Part shown: piece after piece, positions 1 to 10,300 of the stretch | Layout: each line of letters starts with the position of its first letter | Numbering within the stretch: position 1 is the first letter of the stretch | NCBI GenBank assembly: GCA_963840855.1 | Contig: CAWJBB010000067.1 | Location: 1 to 64,000 of the forward strand | Reading direction: 5' to 3' | Source: an uncultured delta proteobacterium | Lineage (GTDB): Bacteria > Desulfobacterota > Binatia > UBA9968 | DNA: 64,000 bases | Translations under genes and position numbers: made by a program | The notes under the pieces: model-generated | What the model was told of the DNA's origin: nothing | Seen by the model: the letters and a program-made list of their open reading frames with translations, nothing else | Databases searched by the model: none

Positions 1-366
1 GACGGCGCTTCCTGGGTTTGCAAGCTGGCCCCGGAGTTTCGCGAAGTGAGCATGGGGTACATGGCGACCAATCCCGAGGGTTTGAAACGTTGGCTAGAAA
101 TTCACCACAACTCGAAACAGAAGGGCGCGCCGGCGCAGCCCCAGCGCACTACGATCACGTCCGAGAAGCTCGCGACGATTCGGGTGCCGACGTTGTTGAT
201 GCCCGGAGATCAGGACCTGCAGACGCCTCCCTGGGTCATGCGGCGACAGCACGCCCATATCCCCGGCGCCCAGTTCATCGTGCTGCCCGAGGCCGCTCAC
301 TCGATCAACTGGGAGGAGCCCGAGGCCTTCAACCGCAACGTCCTGGAGTTCATACGCGCGCATTAG
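1..366 (+). CDS. alpha/beta hydrolase, C-terminal part (5' partial)
   Basis: Frame open from base 1; IRVPTLLMPGDQD...IPGAQFIVLPEAAHSINWEEPEAFNRNVLEF is a typical hydrolase C-terminus with catalytic Asp and His. Confidence 0.85.
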   Translation, partial: DGASWVCKLAPEFREVSMGYMATNPEGLKRWLEIHHNSKQKGAPAQPQRTTITSEKLATIRVPTLLMPGDQDLQTPPWVMRRQHAHIPGAQFIVLPEAAHSINWEEPEAFNRNVLEFIRAH

Positions 367-503
367 TCAACAGCGGCATAACAAGCCGTTTCACCTGCCG
401 GAGTGCAACGTCATCACTTATGAATGCTTCGGTTTGACAGGTAGAAACAAAAGTGTAATGAGTTCCGCCAAGATCGAAGTTATCACCACAGGAGGGCCGA
501 TTG

Positions 504-914
504 ATGGAAAAGGAAACATCGTCAACGACGAAGAGCGATCCGATTATCATCGAGCAGGCGGGAATGCGCATGACCGTCGCTCACCGACAAGGCCTCGGCG
601 GCAGCGATGAAGGGCTGACGTTCGACATCACGACCGCCGGCCCGGAGGAGGAGGGGAAAAGAATTCTGCGCTTCGATTGCTTTTACAAAAACCCTCATTA
701 TCACGTGGGCGCCTCCGGCGGCGAACATGCAGCTCACAAAATGAAAGAGGAGGGCGTGGAAGACCCCGTCCGCTGGACTTTGGAACAGCTCAAGACTCGG
801 TTTTCGTCAATGGTCAAACAAGCCGGATACGAGGAAATCGCCGAGAGGATCGACCAGCAAACGATTGCCGATCATCTCACCCGATTAGAGCCGGAAATAC
901 TAGCCAAATACTAA
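504..914 (+). CDS. hypothetical protein (LRFDCF...PHYH motif)
   Basis: GGAGG RBS upstream of ATG; protein-like composition; family not named with confidence. Confidence 0.7.
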   Translation: MEKETSSTTKSDPIIIEQAGMRMTVAHRQGLGGSDEGLTFDITTAGPEEEGKRILRFDCFYKNPHYHVGASGGEHAAHKMKEEGVEDPVRWTLEQLKTRFSSMVKQAGYEEIAERIDQQTIADHLTRLEPEILAKY

Positions 915-1261
915 TCGGCGTTGGGCTCTAGCGGCGCAAGCGGCAAACGATCGATCATTGTTTCAAAGGCTTATCGGCTAAGCCCAACGGAGTGCTGTGA
1001 AAAAAATTGTAAGGCGGGGTCAGCACGGAGCCGGCAACCTGTACCCACCCTGAGATGTTGTCAATCGGATTGCACTCCCCTGCGTCGGGGTGTCCATGGC
1101 GAGCGATGGCCGTGGCTCGATTCATCGAATAGCGAAAGGCTTTCCCAAGGTTTGGTTCGCGGCCGGGATGAGATTGCCCGCTGGTGGCTCGAGCGATGCC
1201 CGCCGAGGTGAAAAAAAACTCACAAAGCTCACGAGGCGAATCAAAGAAAGGGGAATGAAGG

Positions 1262-2035
1262 ATGCGAATCATGTTCCTCAGCCATCTGCCGGAGAACCCC
1301 AAGGCCAAAGAAAGATATACCAAGATCCAAGCCCAACTCGACGGTTACGCCTCCGCAGGTACTCAAGTCGAGTTATGCTTTCCGGACGATTACCCCGGAG
1401 CCAAGCTTTCTTCAAATCTCGGCGCGCGAAACGAAGTCCCCGGAATCTATCATGTGCTGCAAACGCCGGCGATTATTCGAAAGATCGTTTGGGCCGAGAA
1501 CAACGGTTACGATGCCGTGGTTCAGAGCAATACATTTGACCCCGGCGTGGAAGCGGCTCGTCAGACGGTGCGCATCCCCGTCATTGGCGTATTGCGCACG
1601 GCACTTCACACGGCCTCGGTTCTCTCCAACTCTATCGCGATCATTGTGCCTCTCGAAGAGCACATCGCATACGCATGGCAGATTGTTTACTCCTACAGCA
1701 TGCAGGGGTTTGTTAAAGATATTGCTGCAATCGGCCTGTATGATGAAACCGCAGAGAAGCGAATAGACGCCATATTTGCCCGTGCCACCGAGGTCATGCG
1801 CGCCACCATCAAAACGAGCGGCGCGGGGTGCATCATTCCGCTCGGCGGCGCGGTTATTCCAACCCTTGTTTCTCCCATGGACCTAGAACGAGAAGTGGGC
1901 GTGCCAGTCCTGAACACGAAAGCCATCGGTATTCAATTTGCCGAGATGTGCGTCCGGCTGGGAATGACCCAAAGCGCTTTGAATTATCCCCTCGCGAAAC
2001 TTCGTTACGAAGATTTCACCGCCTTCGCCAAATGA
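1262..2035 (+). CDS. Asp/Glu/hydantoin racemase family protein
   Basis: GYDAVVQSNTFDPGVEAARQTVRIPVIG and ...GVPVLN motifs. Confidence 0.8.
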   Translation: MRIMFLSHLPENPKAKERYTKIQAQLDGYASAGTQVELCFPDDYPGAKLSSNLGARNEVPGIYHVLQTPAIIRKIVWAENNGYDAVVQSNTFDPGVEAARQTVRIPVIGVLRTALHTASVLSNSIAIIVPLEEHIAYAWQIVYSYSMQGFVKDIAAIGLYDETAEKRIDAIFARATEVMRATIKTSGAGCIIPLGGAVIPTLVSPMDLEREVGVPVLNTKAIGIQFAEMCVRLGMTQSALNYPLAKLRYEDFTAFAK

Positions 2036-2594
2036 GAGAAAATCTCATCGTGCGGAACCGTTCCCAGTAAAGCCCGCCTCTAGCTTAGCTAGTCCAGTCT
2101 CCGGCGATTTGTCAAACCGTATCATAGGGATGGAGTCAAATTTTTCTTCGTGACATTTGGGTTTTTGCTAATAAGAAAATTGTTCGCGACCATTCTCCTG
2201 CATAAAAGACCATTTACATACTCAACAACGTACCCAAGGCTATCTCCAACTTACCAAAATTCCTATCCACTCGGCCGACTGACTGCGAAAAGGCTTGGCA
2301 GAGGGGGTACTCTCCGGTCGACCGAGGCGGAGATCGTCGGTTGTAGGGCTTATATGGAAACCGTTATTTAGAGGACCGGACGGATAATTGGCTCACACTA
2401 ACCCTTAAGTACAAAAGTCAAGATTTGACGCTAATGACAGCCTCGCCCTCGCAGCAGGACCCGCAAAAATCTTTACAAACTCCCGCTGTTAAATCCTATA
2501 GCAGTCAAACAATCCATTATACACGTGACGTGAAGGACAAGGACAATGCAGAAGTCGACACAAAGATCGTTACCGACAAGCCTGAAAAAGTGTC

Positions 2595-2607
2595 TATCAA
2601 TCAATTA
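2595..2607 (+). promoter_or_regulatory. putative IHF site
   Basis: TATCAATCAATTA matches WATCAANNNNTTR, about 200 bp upstream of a -24/-12 element. Confidence 0.4.
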
Positions 2608-2803
2608 CAAACTGCACCTCGTCAACGAAGAATGGAAATCTACGGACATCGCATTATGAAAGAAAAAACAGTCGCAGGAACTAAATAGTCTCGTCCGACG
2701 TTTTGGTCGACGCTCTCGACGCTTTTGACGAGCCTCATTTCTTCGCCATCCTTGAAAGCCTAAAAAAATCTAATGGAAATCCAGTGTTTTTCGTATCAAA
2801 GGC

Positions 2804-2818
2804 TGGCACACAACCTGC
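2804..2818 (+). promoter_or_regulatory. putative sigma54 (-24/-12) promoter
   Basis: TGGCACACAACCTGC has GG-N10-GC spacing and a TGGCAC core, upstream of the stress cluster. Confidence 0.55.
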
Positions 2819-2996
2819 TCTTAGACACTACAACAATGAAAAGAGGGGATTCACTTAAGACTACTAAAACTTACCCGGTCGCAGAAAACAGGATAAGACA
2901 ACAAGCGAGGCCTCTCGCCTGCCCTTTCTCTGAGTAATGTTATGGGCATCTGGCTCAACGGTAAATCCGATCACGCGAAAGAAAGGAGAAACTGAC

Positions 2997-3071
2997 ATGA
3001 ACAATATTTTCTACATAGTTGGTGTTATTGTGGTAGTGGTTTTCGTTGCCGGCTATTTCGGACTGAGGTAG
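2997..3071 (+). CDS. 24-aa single-TM small protein (MNNIFYIVGVIVVVVFVAGYFGLR)
   Basis: Strong AAAGGAG RBS, ATG..TAG, one hydrophobic helix; below the ORF-track cutoff. Confidence 0.7.
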   Translation: MNNIFYIVGVIVVVVFVAGYFGLR

Positions 3072-3158
3072 CCCCGGAGCCTCGCGAGGGACTTCGCCGA
3101 TATTTTTTTAAACCGTCTACTGGCGCAATATTCAGGAGGTTTTCGTTGACGAGCCGCG

Positions 3159-3296
3159 TTGGTCGTAGTGGCCGTGCGGCTAACCGGTATCGGCAAAGTC
3201 GAGACCTCCGAGCAGAAGTCGCGTATTGAATCTATTGCGTCGCAGGTGAGCGGCGTCAAACAGGTCGTCAACAACCTGCAAGTTATCAAGCGTTAG
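3159..3296 (+). pseudogene. BON domain C-terminal remnant
   Basis: VRLTGIGKVETSEQKSRIESIASQVSGVKQVVNNLQVIKR*; in-frame stop just upstream at 3147. Confidence 0.65.
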
Positions 3297-3352
3297 AGGG
3301 TGACGGTCTAAACGTGAGAGTATGCAAAAAGAGGAGAAACTTGTGACGACGA

Positions 3353-3643
3353 ATGGCGAATCCAAATTCTCATATTTACTTATCGGTCTACGGGCTGGGA
3401 GTCATCGGTGGGCTGATCGCCGCGGTGCTCGTCCGCAAGGAGACCCGTGAATTGCTCCGTGAGCGTGGCAGAAACAGCTTTGATTATCTGAATGAACAGG
3501 TGGGAAAGTCGCTCGAGAGCGCTGACGAGATCGTGAAAAAAGGTAAGGAATTCATTGGCTCTCATGGCAATTCCGTCCAGACCGATACGGAAGCCGAAAA
3601 GCAAGCCTACCAGGAAGGCAAACGAGAGCACTTGGGGGGATAA
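3353..3643 (+). CDS. YtxH-like general stress protein (N-terminal TM plus helical tail)
   Basis: GLGVIGGLIAAVLV..KETRELL pattern; stress-cluster context. Confidence 0.55.
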   Translation: MANPNSHIYLSVYGLGVIGGLIAAVLVRKETRELLRERGRNSFDYLNEQVGKSLESADEIVKKGKEFIGSHGNSVQTDTEAEKQAYQEGKREHLGG

Positions 3644-3668
3644 GATCCTTATGTGTGCCAATCCGACA

Positions 3669-3760
3669 ATGAGTATCGGGTCGCTCTAATCGTCCTCGGA
3701 GTAAGTGGCTCTTGCCTACTAGGCATCACCTGTACAACCGAGAGAAGGTTATCGACATCC
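3669..3760 (+). pseudogene. degraded DUF3185-like small membrane protein
   Basis: Across frameshifts reads IG.VALIVLGV.VALAY*.GITCTT.EKVIDI. Confidence 0.45.
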
Positions 3761-3765
3761 GTTGA

Positions 3766-3817
3766 GGTTGTGTGCGCGGTCAAGGACGAACTCTCGGCTG
3801 CGACAGCTAAGGGCTAA
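3766..3817 (+). repeat. diverged copy of the 3' end of the BON gene (6305-6356)
   Basis: gtgtgcgcggtcaaggacga...gcgacagctaagggctaa versus gtgcgcgcggtcaaggacga...gcgacagccaagggctaa. Confidence 0.75.
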
Positions 3818-4016
3818 CTGTGCGCTGCTGGGTACGTCCACATGATGCGCTGGACAATGCAGGAGGGCTCCACAGGACATAGACCAACAGTCGATCGGAG
3901 GAAACCATGAGGGTGAGGTGTCGCGCGCAGAGTCCGGTGAGGAGAAGGCTAAAGGAAATTAATCATATTGGCTGCATTTAACGACGAAAGCGATTGAAGA
4001 AAAAGGAGGGAAGAAA

Positions 4017-4769
4017 ATGCAAAAAAGTGTAAAAGATCTAAAAGGCTATGCCATCGGCGCAACGGACGGTGACATTGGAAAGCTGGATGATTTCTATTTT
4101 GACGACGAAGCCTGGACCATCCGGTATCTGGTGGCCGACACTGGTAATTGGCTTCTAGGCCGAAAGGTACTTATCTCGCCTATCGCTCTCGGCAAGGCGG
4201 ATTTATCAGGGGAGCGGCTCACTGTCACCCTGACAAAGAAGCAAGTCGAGGAGAGCCCCAGCATTGATACCGACAAGCCGGTTTCTCGCCAGCACGAGGC
4301 GCATTACCACGACTACTACGGTTACCCATATTATTGGAGTGGTCCTTACTTGTGGGGCCCCGTGTACTTTCCTCAGCTCCCAGACGCCGATCAAAAAATA
4401 GTTGAAGAACGGCGCGCGGAGCGAGAAGAAGCGGGCGATTTGCATCTGCGCAGCGCTACTGAAGTGACGGGCTATCACATTGAGGCTACGGATGACGGCA
4501 TCGGTCATGTCGAAGACTTTATCATTGACGATGAAACCTGGGAGATTCGGTATATGGTTGTGGATACGCGTAATTGGTTGCCGGGAAAAAAGGTGCTGGT
4601 TGCGCCGCGGTGGATCGATCGGGTGAGCTGGGACGCTTCCAAGGTATACGTAAACTTATCCCGGGAGGCGATCAAGAATGCACCCGAGTATCATCCGGAC
4701 GCTCTCAACCGGGAATATGAGGGGAAGCTTTACGATCACTACGATCGGCCGAAGTATTGGGATCTTTGA
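4017..4769 (+). CDS. PRC-barrel domain protein (two barrels)
   Basis: Two repeats of G(Y).I.ATD..IG...DF..DDE.W.IRY.V.DT.NWL.G.KVL. Confidence 0.9.
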   Translation: MQKSVKDLKGYAIGATDGDIGKLDDFYFDDEAWTIRYLVADTGNWLLGRKVLISPIALGKADLSGERLTVTLTKKQVEESPSIDTDKPVSRQHEAHYHDYYGYPYYWSGPYLWGPVYFPQLPDADQKIVEERRAEREEAGDLHLRSATEVTGYHIEATDDGIGHVEDFIIDDETWEIRYMVVDTRNWLPGKKVLVAPRWIDRVSWDASKVYVNLSREAIKNAPEYHPDALNREYEGKLYDHYDRPKYWDL

Positions 4770-4957
4770 TCGGGGTTGCTGGTACGACAAGCGCACTCTC
4801 TCGTCGTCAAAGAAAAGAAGCTCACTGATTACCTGGCTCTGAGAGCGGCAGGACATGTCTGCGCACTGCGCGATGATTCTTTTCAAAATCGTCCAATATT
4901 GAACCGTAATCGATCTCAAGCCGGCATACCGTCTAGGCCAAACGGAGGTGACTTACT

Positions 4958-5107
4958 ATGGGACTGATATTGTTAATCGTCTTAATTCTGCTCCTGTTTG
5001 GGGGTCTGCCCCGCTGGGGTTATCACTCGTATGGTTACGGTCCCTCGGGCATCGTCGGGACGATACTAATTATCGTCCTGATTCTGTTCCTGTTGGGCCG
5101 AATCTAA
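4958..5107 (+). CDS. DUF3309 family small membrane protein (49 aa)
   Basis: MGLILLIVLILLLFGGLPRWGYHSYGYGPSGIVGTILIIVLILFLLGRI; GGAGG RBS; absent from the ORF track. Confidence 0.85.
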   Translation: MGLILLIVLILLLFGGLPRWGYHSYGYGPSGIVGTILIIVLILFLLGRI

Positions 5108-5305
5108 GGGTGCTCAGCGTCGTATGGCCATCCGGTTGCGACACCTACAATCATGTCGCAAAAATCCTTACCAAAGGTCAGGCATGCCTGATCCAACGGA
5201 CGGAGTCTCGATCCGAATCAATTCCGCGGCAAATCATTTGCATGGCGAGACTGCCAAAGAGGTACTGACCGAGATGGAGGACTCCAAAGCGATAGGAAAG
5301 AGATC

Positions 5306-6356
5306 ATGAACGGAACATATTGGGTAAAGAACAGCGTGCTCGCTGTGGTCGTGAGTGTTGCATTGGCCGCGCCGGCTCGGGCGGCCACGCCGGACGCTTG
5401 GATCACCACCAAGACCAAGCTGAGCCTTCTGACCACGGAGGGTGTCAGCGGGACGGCCATCCATGTGGACACCATCCTCGGCAAGGTTACCTTGCACGGC
5501 AAGGTGCGTACCGCTGAGGAGAAGGCGAAAGCGGAGAGCATCGCTAAAAAGATCGACGGCGTGCTGGAGGTGCGCAACCTTTTGCAGGTCGTTACTCCAC
5601 AGCGCGAGAAGGCAGTGCAGCTGTCCGATGATGCCCTAAAGCTAGCGGGTTGAGAAGGCATTGCAGGGCGATTCTTCACTTAAGGAGAGCAGCATTTCGG
5701 TAAAGTCCGTCAACAAGGGTGTGGTGCTGCTGGCCGGCACGGCGAAGACCTTGAGCGCTCACCTGCGCGCCGTCGAGACTGTGGCCTGGGTGCCGGGCGT
5801 CGGGCGCGTTGCCAGTGAGATCAAGAGCCCCGACGCGCTGGCCGATGCGGAGATCTGGCGTGAGCCCACAGCGAAACGGTCCAGCAAGGAGTCCGGAATT
5901 TGGGAAGCTGCCAGCGATACATGGATCACCTCGGCAACCAAGATGCGCTTGCTGACCGACAGCCGGACGCCGGCGCTCGACATCAATGTGGAGACGCGGG
6001 CGGGGGTCGTGACGCTCTTCGGTACCGTGCACTCTCAGGAGGCGAAGGCTGCGGCCGCCGAGGATGCCCGCAAGGTGAGCGGCGTAAAACGCGTCGTGAA
6101 CGACTTGCAGGTGATGACAAGAGCGAAAGAGGCGGCGGTGAAGGTGCGCGACGAGGATATCGAGAGCGATGTGAAGAAGGCCTTTGATAAGGCTGACTTC
6201 AAGGACGTCAGTGTAGAGGTGAAGAACGGCGTTGTGCGGCTAACGGGGACGGTCCCCAGCGGGACGCGGCGCCTCGACGCAGCAGTACTTGCGCGCTCGA
6301 TCCAGGGTGTGCGCGCGGTCAAGGACGATCTGCGACTCGCGACAGCCAAGGGCTAA
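5306..6356 (+). CDS. periplasmic multi-BON (OsmY-like) protein, split by an apparent +1 base near 5643
   Basis: ORFs 5306-5653 and 5661-6356; signal peptide; DAWITTKTK and DTWITSATK BON motifs; removing one T restores DALKQRVEKALQGD. Confidence 0.85.
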
Positions 6357-6433
6357 TCGTGGTGCCGCAACACCCTTTCCAACCAAACTAAGTGAGAAAC
6401 GTGGGCTACTTATCACAGAAGGAGAAACAACAA

Positions 6434-6670
6434 ATGACCACATACAGTCGATTTCAACAAGGAATGATCAGAGTTCTGGGCAGCGCGTTGCTGGTGATGG
6501 GGGGCGCGTTAGTAGGCGTAGGGTGTGAGCGCCAAGGACCCGTCGAGAAGGCTGGCAAGAAGGTCGACCAGGCGGTCGAGGGGGTGAAGGACAAGCTCAA
6601 TCCCGAGGGACCCGTCGAAAAAGCTGGCAAGAAGGTCGACCAGGCGGTCGAGGAGGCGAAGGGCAAGTAA
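6434..6670 (+). CDS. small lipoprotein with tandem GPVEKAGKKVDQAVE repeats
   Basis: Lipobox-like VGVGC; near-identical 45-bp repeat at about 6536 and 6608; AAGGAG RBS. Confidence 0.8.
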   Translation: MTTYSRFQQGMIRVLGSALLVMGGALVGVGCERQGPVEKAGKKVDQAVEGVKDKLNPEGPVEKAGKKVDQAVEEAKGK

Positions 6671-6715
6671 ACTCGCTTCGCTCGTCTTCGAGGGCGGGGC
6701 ATTTACCCCCGCTCC

Positions 6716-7049
6716 TTGACCATTGTGGATGCACTAAGACAGCGGCCACAAGCCTGGGTTAACTTTATGATGCGATTTGAGCTGGGTCTTGAGAAGCCCG
6801 ATCCCAAGCGGGCGGTCGTCAGTGCAGGAACGATTGCAGGAGCTTACATTGCACGAGGCTTCATCCCGCTCGGTCCGTACCTTCTTCTCCCTGCGGCCAG
6901 CACGGCGCTTACCCTATCGGTGGTCACGACCCTCATCGCGCTGGCTATTTTTGGTTATATCAAAGTTTACCGGCGCGCCACCGCTTCGTAGTGCGAGCCA
7001 AACGGTGTTCATTTGCGGGCTAGCGGCAGCCGAAGCTCGTTGCCGCTAA
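6716..7049 (+). pseudogene. VIT1/CCC1 family transporter, C-terminal remnant, frameshifted
   Basis: WVNFMMRFELGLEKPDPKRA...GFIPLGPY...FGYIK then FTGAPPLRSASQTV in another frame; N-terminus absent. Confidence 0.75.
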
Positions 7050-7137
7050 GACCGATTCGACTAACAACTCGCCGACCGCGATGCAAGGGGTTGGGGCGTC
7101 GTGGAGCTCGATGTCCAACTTCGACTCCGTCAAGAAG

Positions 7138-7209
7138 GCGATGGACTGACTGGAGTTCGTCGAGACGATCAGCGTTATTGAGCAGACCCTGCGTAAGGAT
7201 CCCGCATGA
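7138..7209 (+). pseudogene. short remnant of a second cyclic glucan synthase homolog
   Basis: AMD*LEFVETISVIEQTLRKDPA resembles the DW.EF.E..S.V...L..DP motif of Cgs/NdvB with Trp replaced by TGA. Confidence 0.5.
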
Positions 7210-7267
7210 TTTTTCCGCTCACGGGCGTGTTGGGCGAGACTGAGACGTAGGTGTGCTTTTCATGTTC

Positions 7268-7282
7268 CGGAACCGCGCTTGC
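7268..7282 (+). promoter_or_regulatory. putative sigma54 promoter of the cyclic glucan synthase gene
   Basis: CGGAACCGCGCTTGC, GG-N10-GC with TTGC. Confidence 0.4.
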
Positions 7283-7341
7283 CTTTCAGTATTGCTCGTG
7301 CAGCATTACCTGGTTCTGAGTGTTCCCCCTGACTGGGGAAC

Positions 7342-10300
7342 TTGATAATCTGGGTATGCGCCCCGGATGGCCGTGAGGTATGTGGATTGGAATCGTTACT
7401 TTCTCGTAACCTGCTAGGCAAAAACTATTCAGAGGCCAGTGCTTTTTCGGCGCTCGAAGAACCGATTCGGGCTGAACTGTTCAGCGCGGAGCGTCTTGAG
7501 CAGCACGGTGAAACCCTTGCCGCCGCCCAACGCGTCACGACCACGCCGCGGAAAGCTCGTCCGCTGTTGCCGCGCGTGCTGGACAACGGGCGGGTGCTGC
7601 TCGAATCGTATCGTGCAATCGCCCAGGCAATCCGCGAGGAACGCGCGATCGAACCTGCGGCAGAATGGCTGGTCGACAATTACCACATTGTGGACGAACA
7701 GGTGCGCGAGATCCGTGATGACCTACCCCCCGGCTTTTACCGAGAGCTGCCGAAGCTGGCTGAGGGTCACCTGGGGGGCTATCCGCGCGTCTATGGGCTG
7801 GCCTGGGCGTTCGTCGCCCATACCGACAGCCGGTTTGACCCGGAGATGCTCCGTCGGTTCGTGCGCGCCTACCAGCGTGTGCAGCCGTTGACCATCGGCG
7901 AGCTCTGGGCGGTCGCGATCACCTTGCGGGTGGTACTCGTGGAGAATCTCCGGCGCCTCGCAGAGCGCATCGTGCATGGACGGGCGGCGCGTCAACAGGC
8001 CGACGCGGTGGCCGACCGCCTGCTCGGACTTGGCGGCCGTTCAACTGAGCCTGCGGCGACGATCCTCGGGCAGTTCGAGGGCGCCCCGTTAGCGACGGCC
8101 TTCGCGGTGCAGCTCGTCCAGCGGCTGCGCGATCAGGACCCGGTGATCACGCCGGCTCTTCACTGGCTCGAGGAACACCTAGCGGCTCAGGGCACAACGG
8201 TCGATGAGATGGTCCGGCTCGAGCACCAGCAACTGGCAGCGATGAACGTGACCGTGCGCAATGTGATCACCAGTATGCGCCTGATCTCCGCCTTCGACTG
8301 GGCGGAATTCTTCGAGAGCGTCAGTCTTGTCGACGCAATACTCTGGACCGACAATGGCTTTGCCGCTCCGGACTTCGAGACACGCGATCGTTACCGGCGC
8401 GCGATCGAAGAACTGTCGCGGGGTTCACAGCAAGATGAGCTTGAAGTTGCGCGACGGGCGGTATTTCAAGCGAAAGGTGTCCGCAGCAAAGCGCAAGAAG
8501 CCAGTGACCCCGCTGGGGACCGGCGCGGTGATCCCGGCTATTACCTCATCGCGAACGGACGCGTAGCCTTCGAGCGGGAACTTGGCTTTCGCATGCCGAT
8601 CAAGACTTGGCTTCTCCGCGCCTATGTTACGCAAGCGACGTCTCGGTACCTTAGTACCATCGCGATCGTCAGCGGCCTCATCCTCGCTTTGTTCCTCGTC
8701 AATTCCGGGGCAGCGGAAGTGGGTTTCGTGGGACTGCTCCTCCTCGGGCTTCTCGCTCTCGTCCCGGCCTCGGATCTGGCGATCGCACTAGTCAATCGTG
8801 AGGTCACGGAGCTGCTCGGGCCGCGGGCCCTGCCCAGGTTGGAGCTCCGTGACGGAGTGCCAGCGGATCTTCGGACATTGGTCGTCGTACCGACTCTCCT
8901 GACAAGTCACGCCCAGATTGCGGAGCAGATCGATCGGCTGGAAGTGCACTATCTGGCAAATCCAGCTGGCGATCTTCGTTTCGCGCTTCTTTCCGACTGG
9001 ACAGACGCGCCTCAAGAAACCATGCCGGGAGACGACGAGCTGCTGGCTGCGACGATTGAGGGCATCGCGCGGCTGAACCAACGCAATGGGGCCGCCCCGG
9101 ATGGGGGCGAGCGATTTCTCCTTTTCCACCGCCGGCGGGGCTGGAACGAGAGCGAGCGGAAGTGGATCGGGTGGGAGCGCAAACGTGGGAAGCTCCATGA
9201 ACTGAATCGCTTGCTGCGCGGTGCCACGGATACCAGCTTCGTGCCAACAGGTGGTCGGGCGCCTCTTGCAGCTTCCGGCGTCCGCTATGTCATCACACTG
9301 GATGCCGACACGCGCCTGCCGCGGGGGTCCGCCGCTCGATTGGTCGGCACACTGGCCCATCCTCTCAATCGGCCGAGGTTTGACGCTCGTGTCGGTCGAG
9401 TCGTTGAGGGCTACGCCCTGCTTCAGCCGCGCGTCACGCCGACCTTACCGACCGATCGCGAGGGCTCTCTTTTTCAGCGCATCTTCTCGGGCCCGGGCGG
9501 CACTGACCCGTACGCATCTGCCGTCTCCGACGTTTACCAGGACCTTTTCGGTGAGGGGTCTTACATCGGCAAAGGGATCTACGACGTAGATGCATTCGAG
9601 GCGGCCCTCGCCGGGCGGGTGCCGGAGAATGCCCTCTTGAGTCACGACCTCTTTGAAGGGATCTTCGCGCGGGCAGGACTCGTCACCGATATCGAGTTCT
9701 TCGATGAGTTTCCGCCGTACTATGCGACCGCCACGGCTCGCCAACACCGCTGGGCTCGCGGCGACTGGCAGTTGCTGCCGTGGATCCTCGGCCACGCACG
9801 AGACGCGAACGGCGATCGGATTCGCGCCCCGATTCCCCCGATCAGCCGTTGGAAGATGCTCGATAACCTCCGGCGCACGCTGTCAGCCCCGGCCGCATTT
9901 ATGACCTTGATCGCCGGGTGGACGCTACCGTTCGCTTCGCCAGTGATCTGGACGACGTTCGTGCTCGCAACCATCGCCATCCCTCCGCTTTTGCCTGTCC
10001 TGACCGGGCTGATCCCACATCGCCGCGGGATTTCAAAACGCAGCCATGCACGGGCGGTGGGCACGGATCTGGTGCTTGCCGCGTCGCACGTCGGACTTAC
10101 GGTCACATTACTTGCCGACCAGGCATGGTTGATGACCGACGCGATCGTCCGGACGCTCTTTCGCGTCTATGTGACGCGCCGAAAGCTACTCGAGTGGGTG
10201 ACCGCCGCGCAGGCGGAATCCGCTTTCGAAATCACCCTCGGCAGCGTCTATCACCGGATGGGCGGGGCAGTAGTGCTCGCCGCGGTAGCAGCCATCCTCG

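Noticed and set aside
2150-2688. ORFs 2150-2371 and 2425-2688
   Set aside because: Non-ATG starts, no recognisable motifs; the region looks like the regulatory region of the stress cluster
4948-5268. 106-aa ORF in the track
   Set aside because: It overlaps the clear DUF3309 gene in another frame
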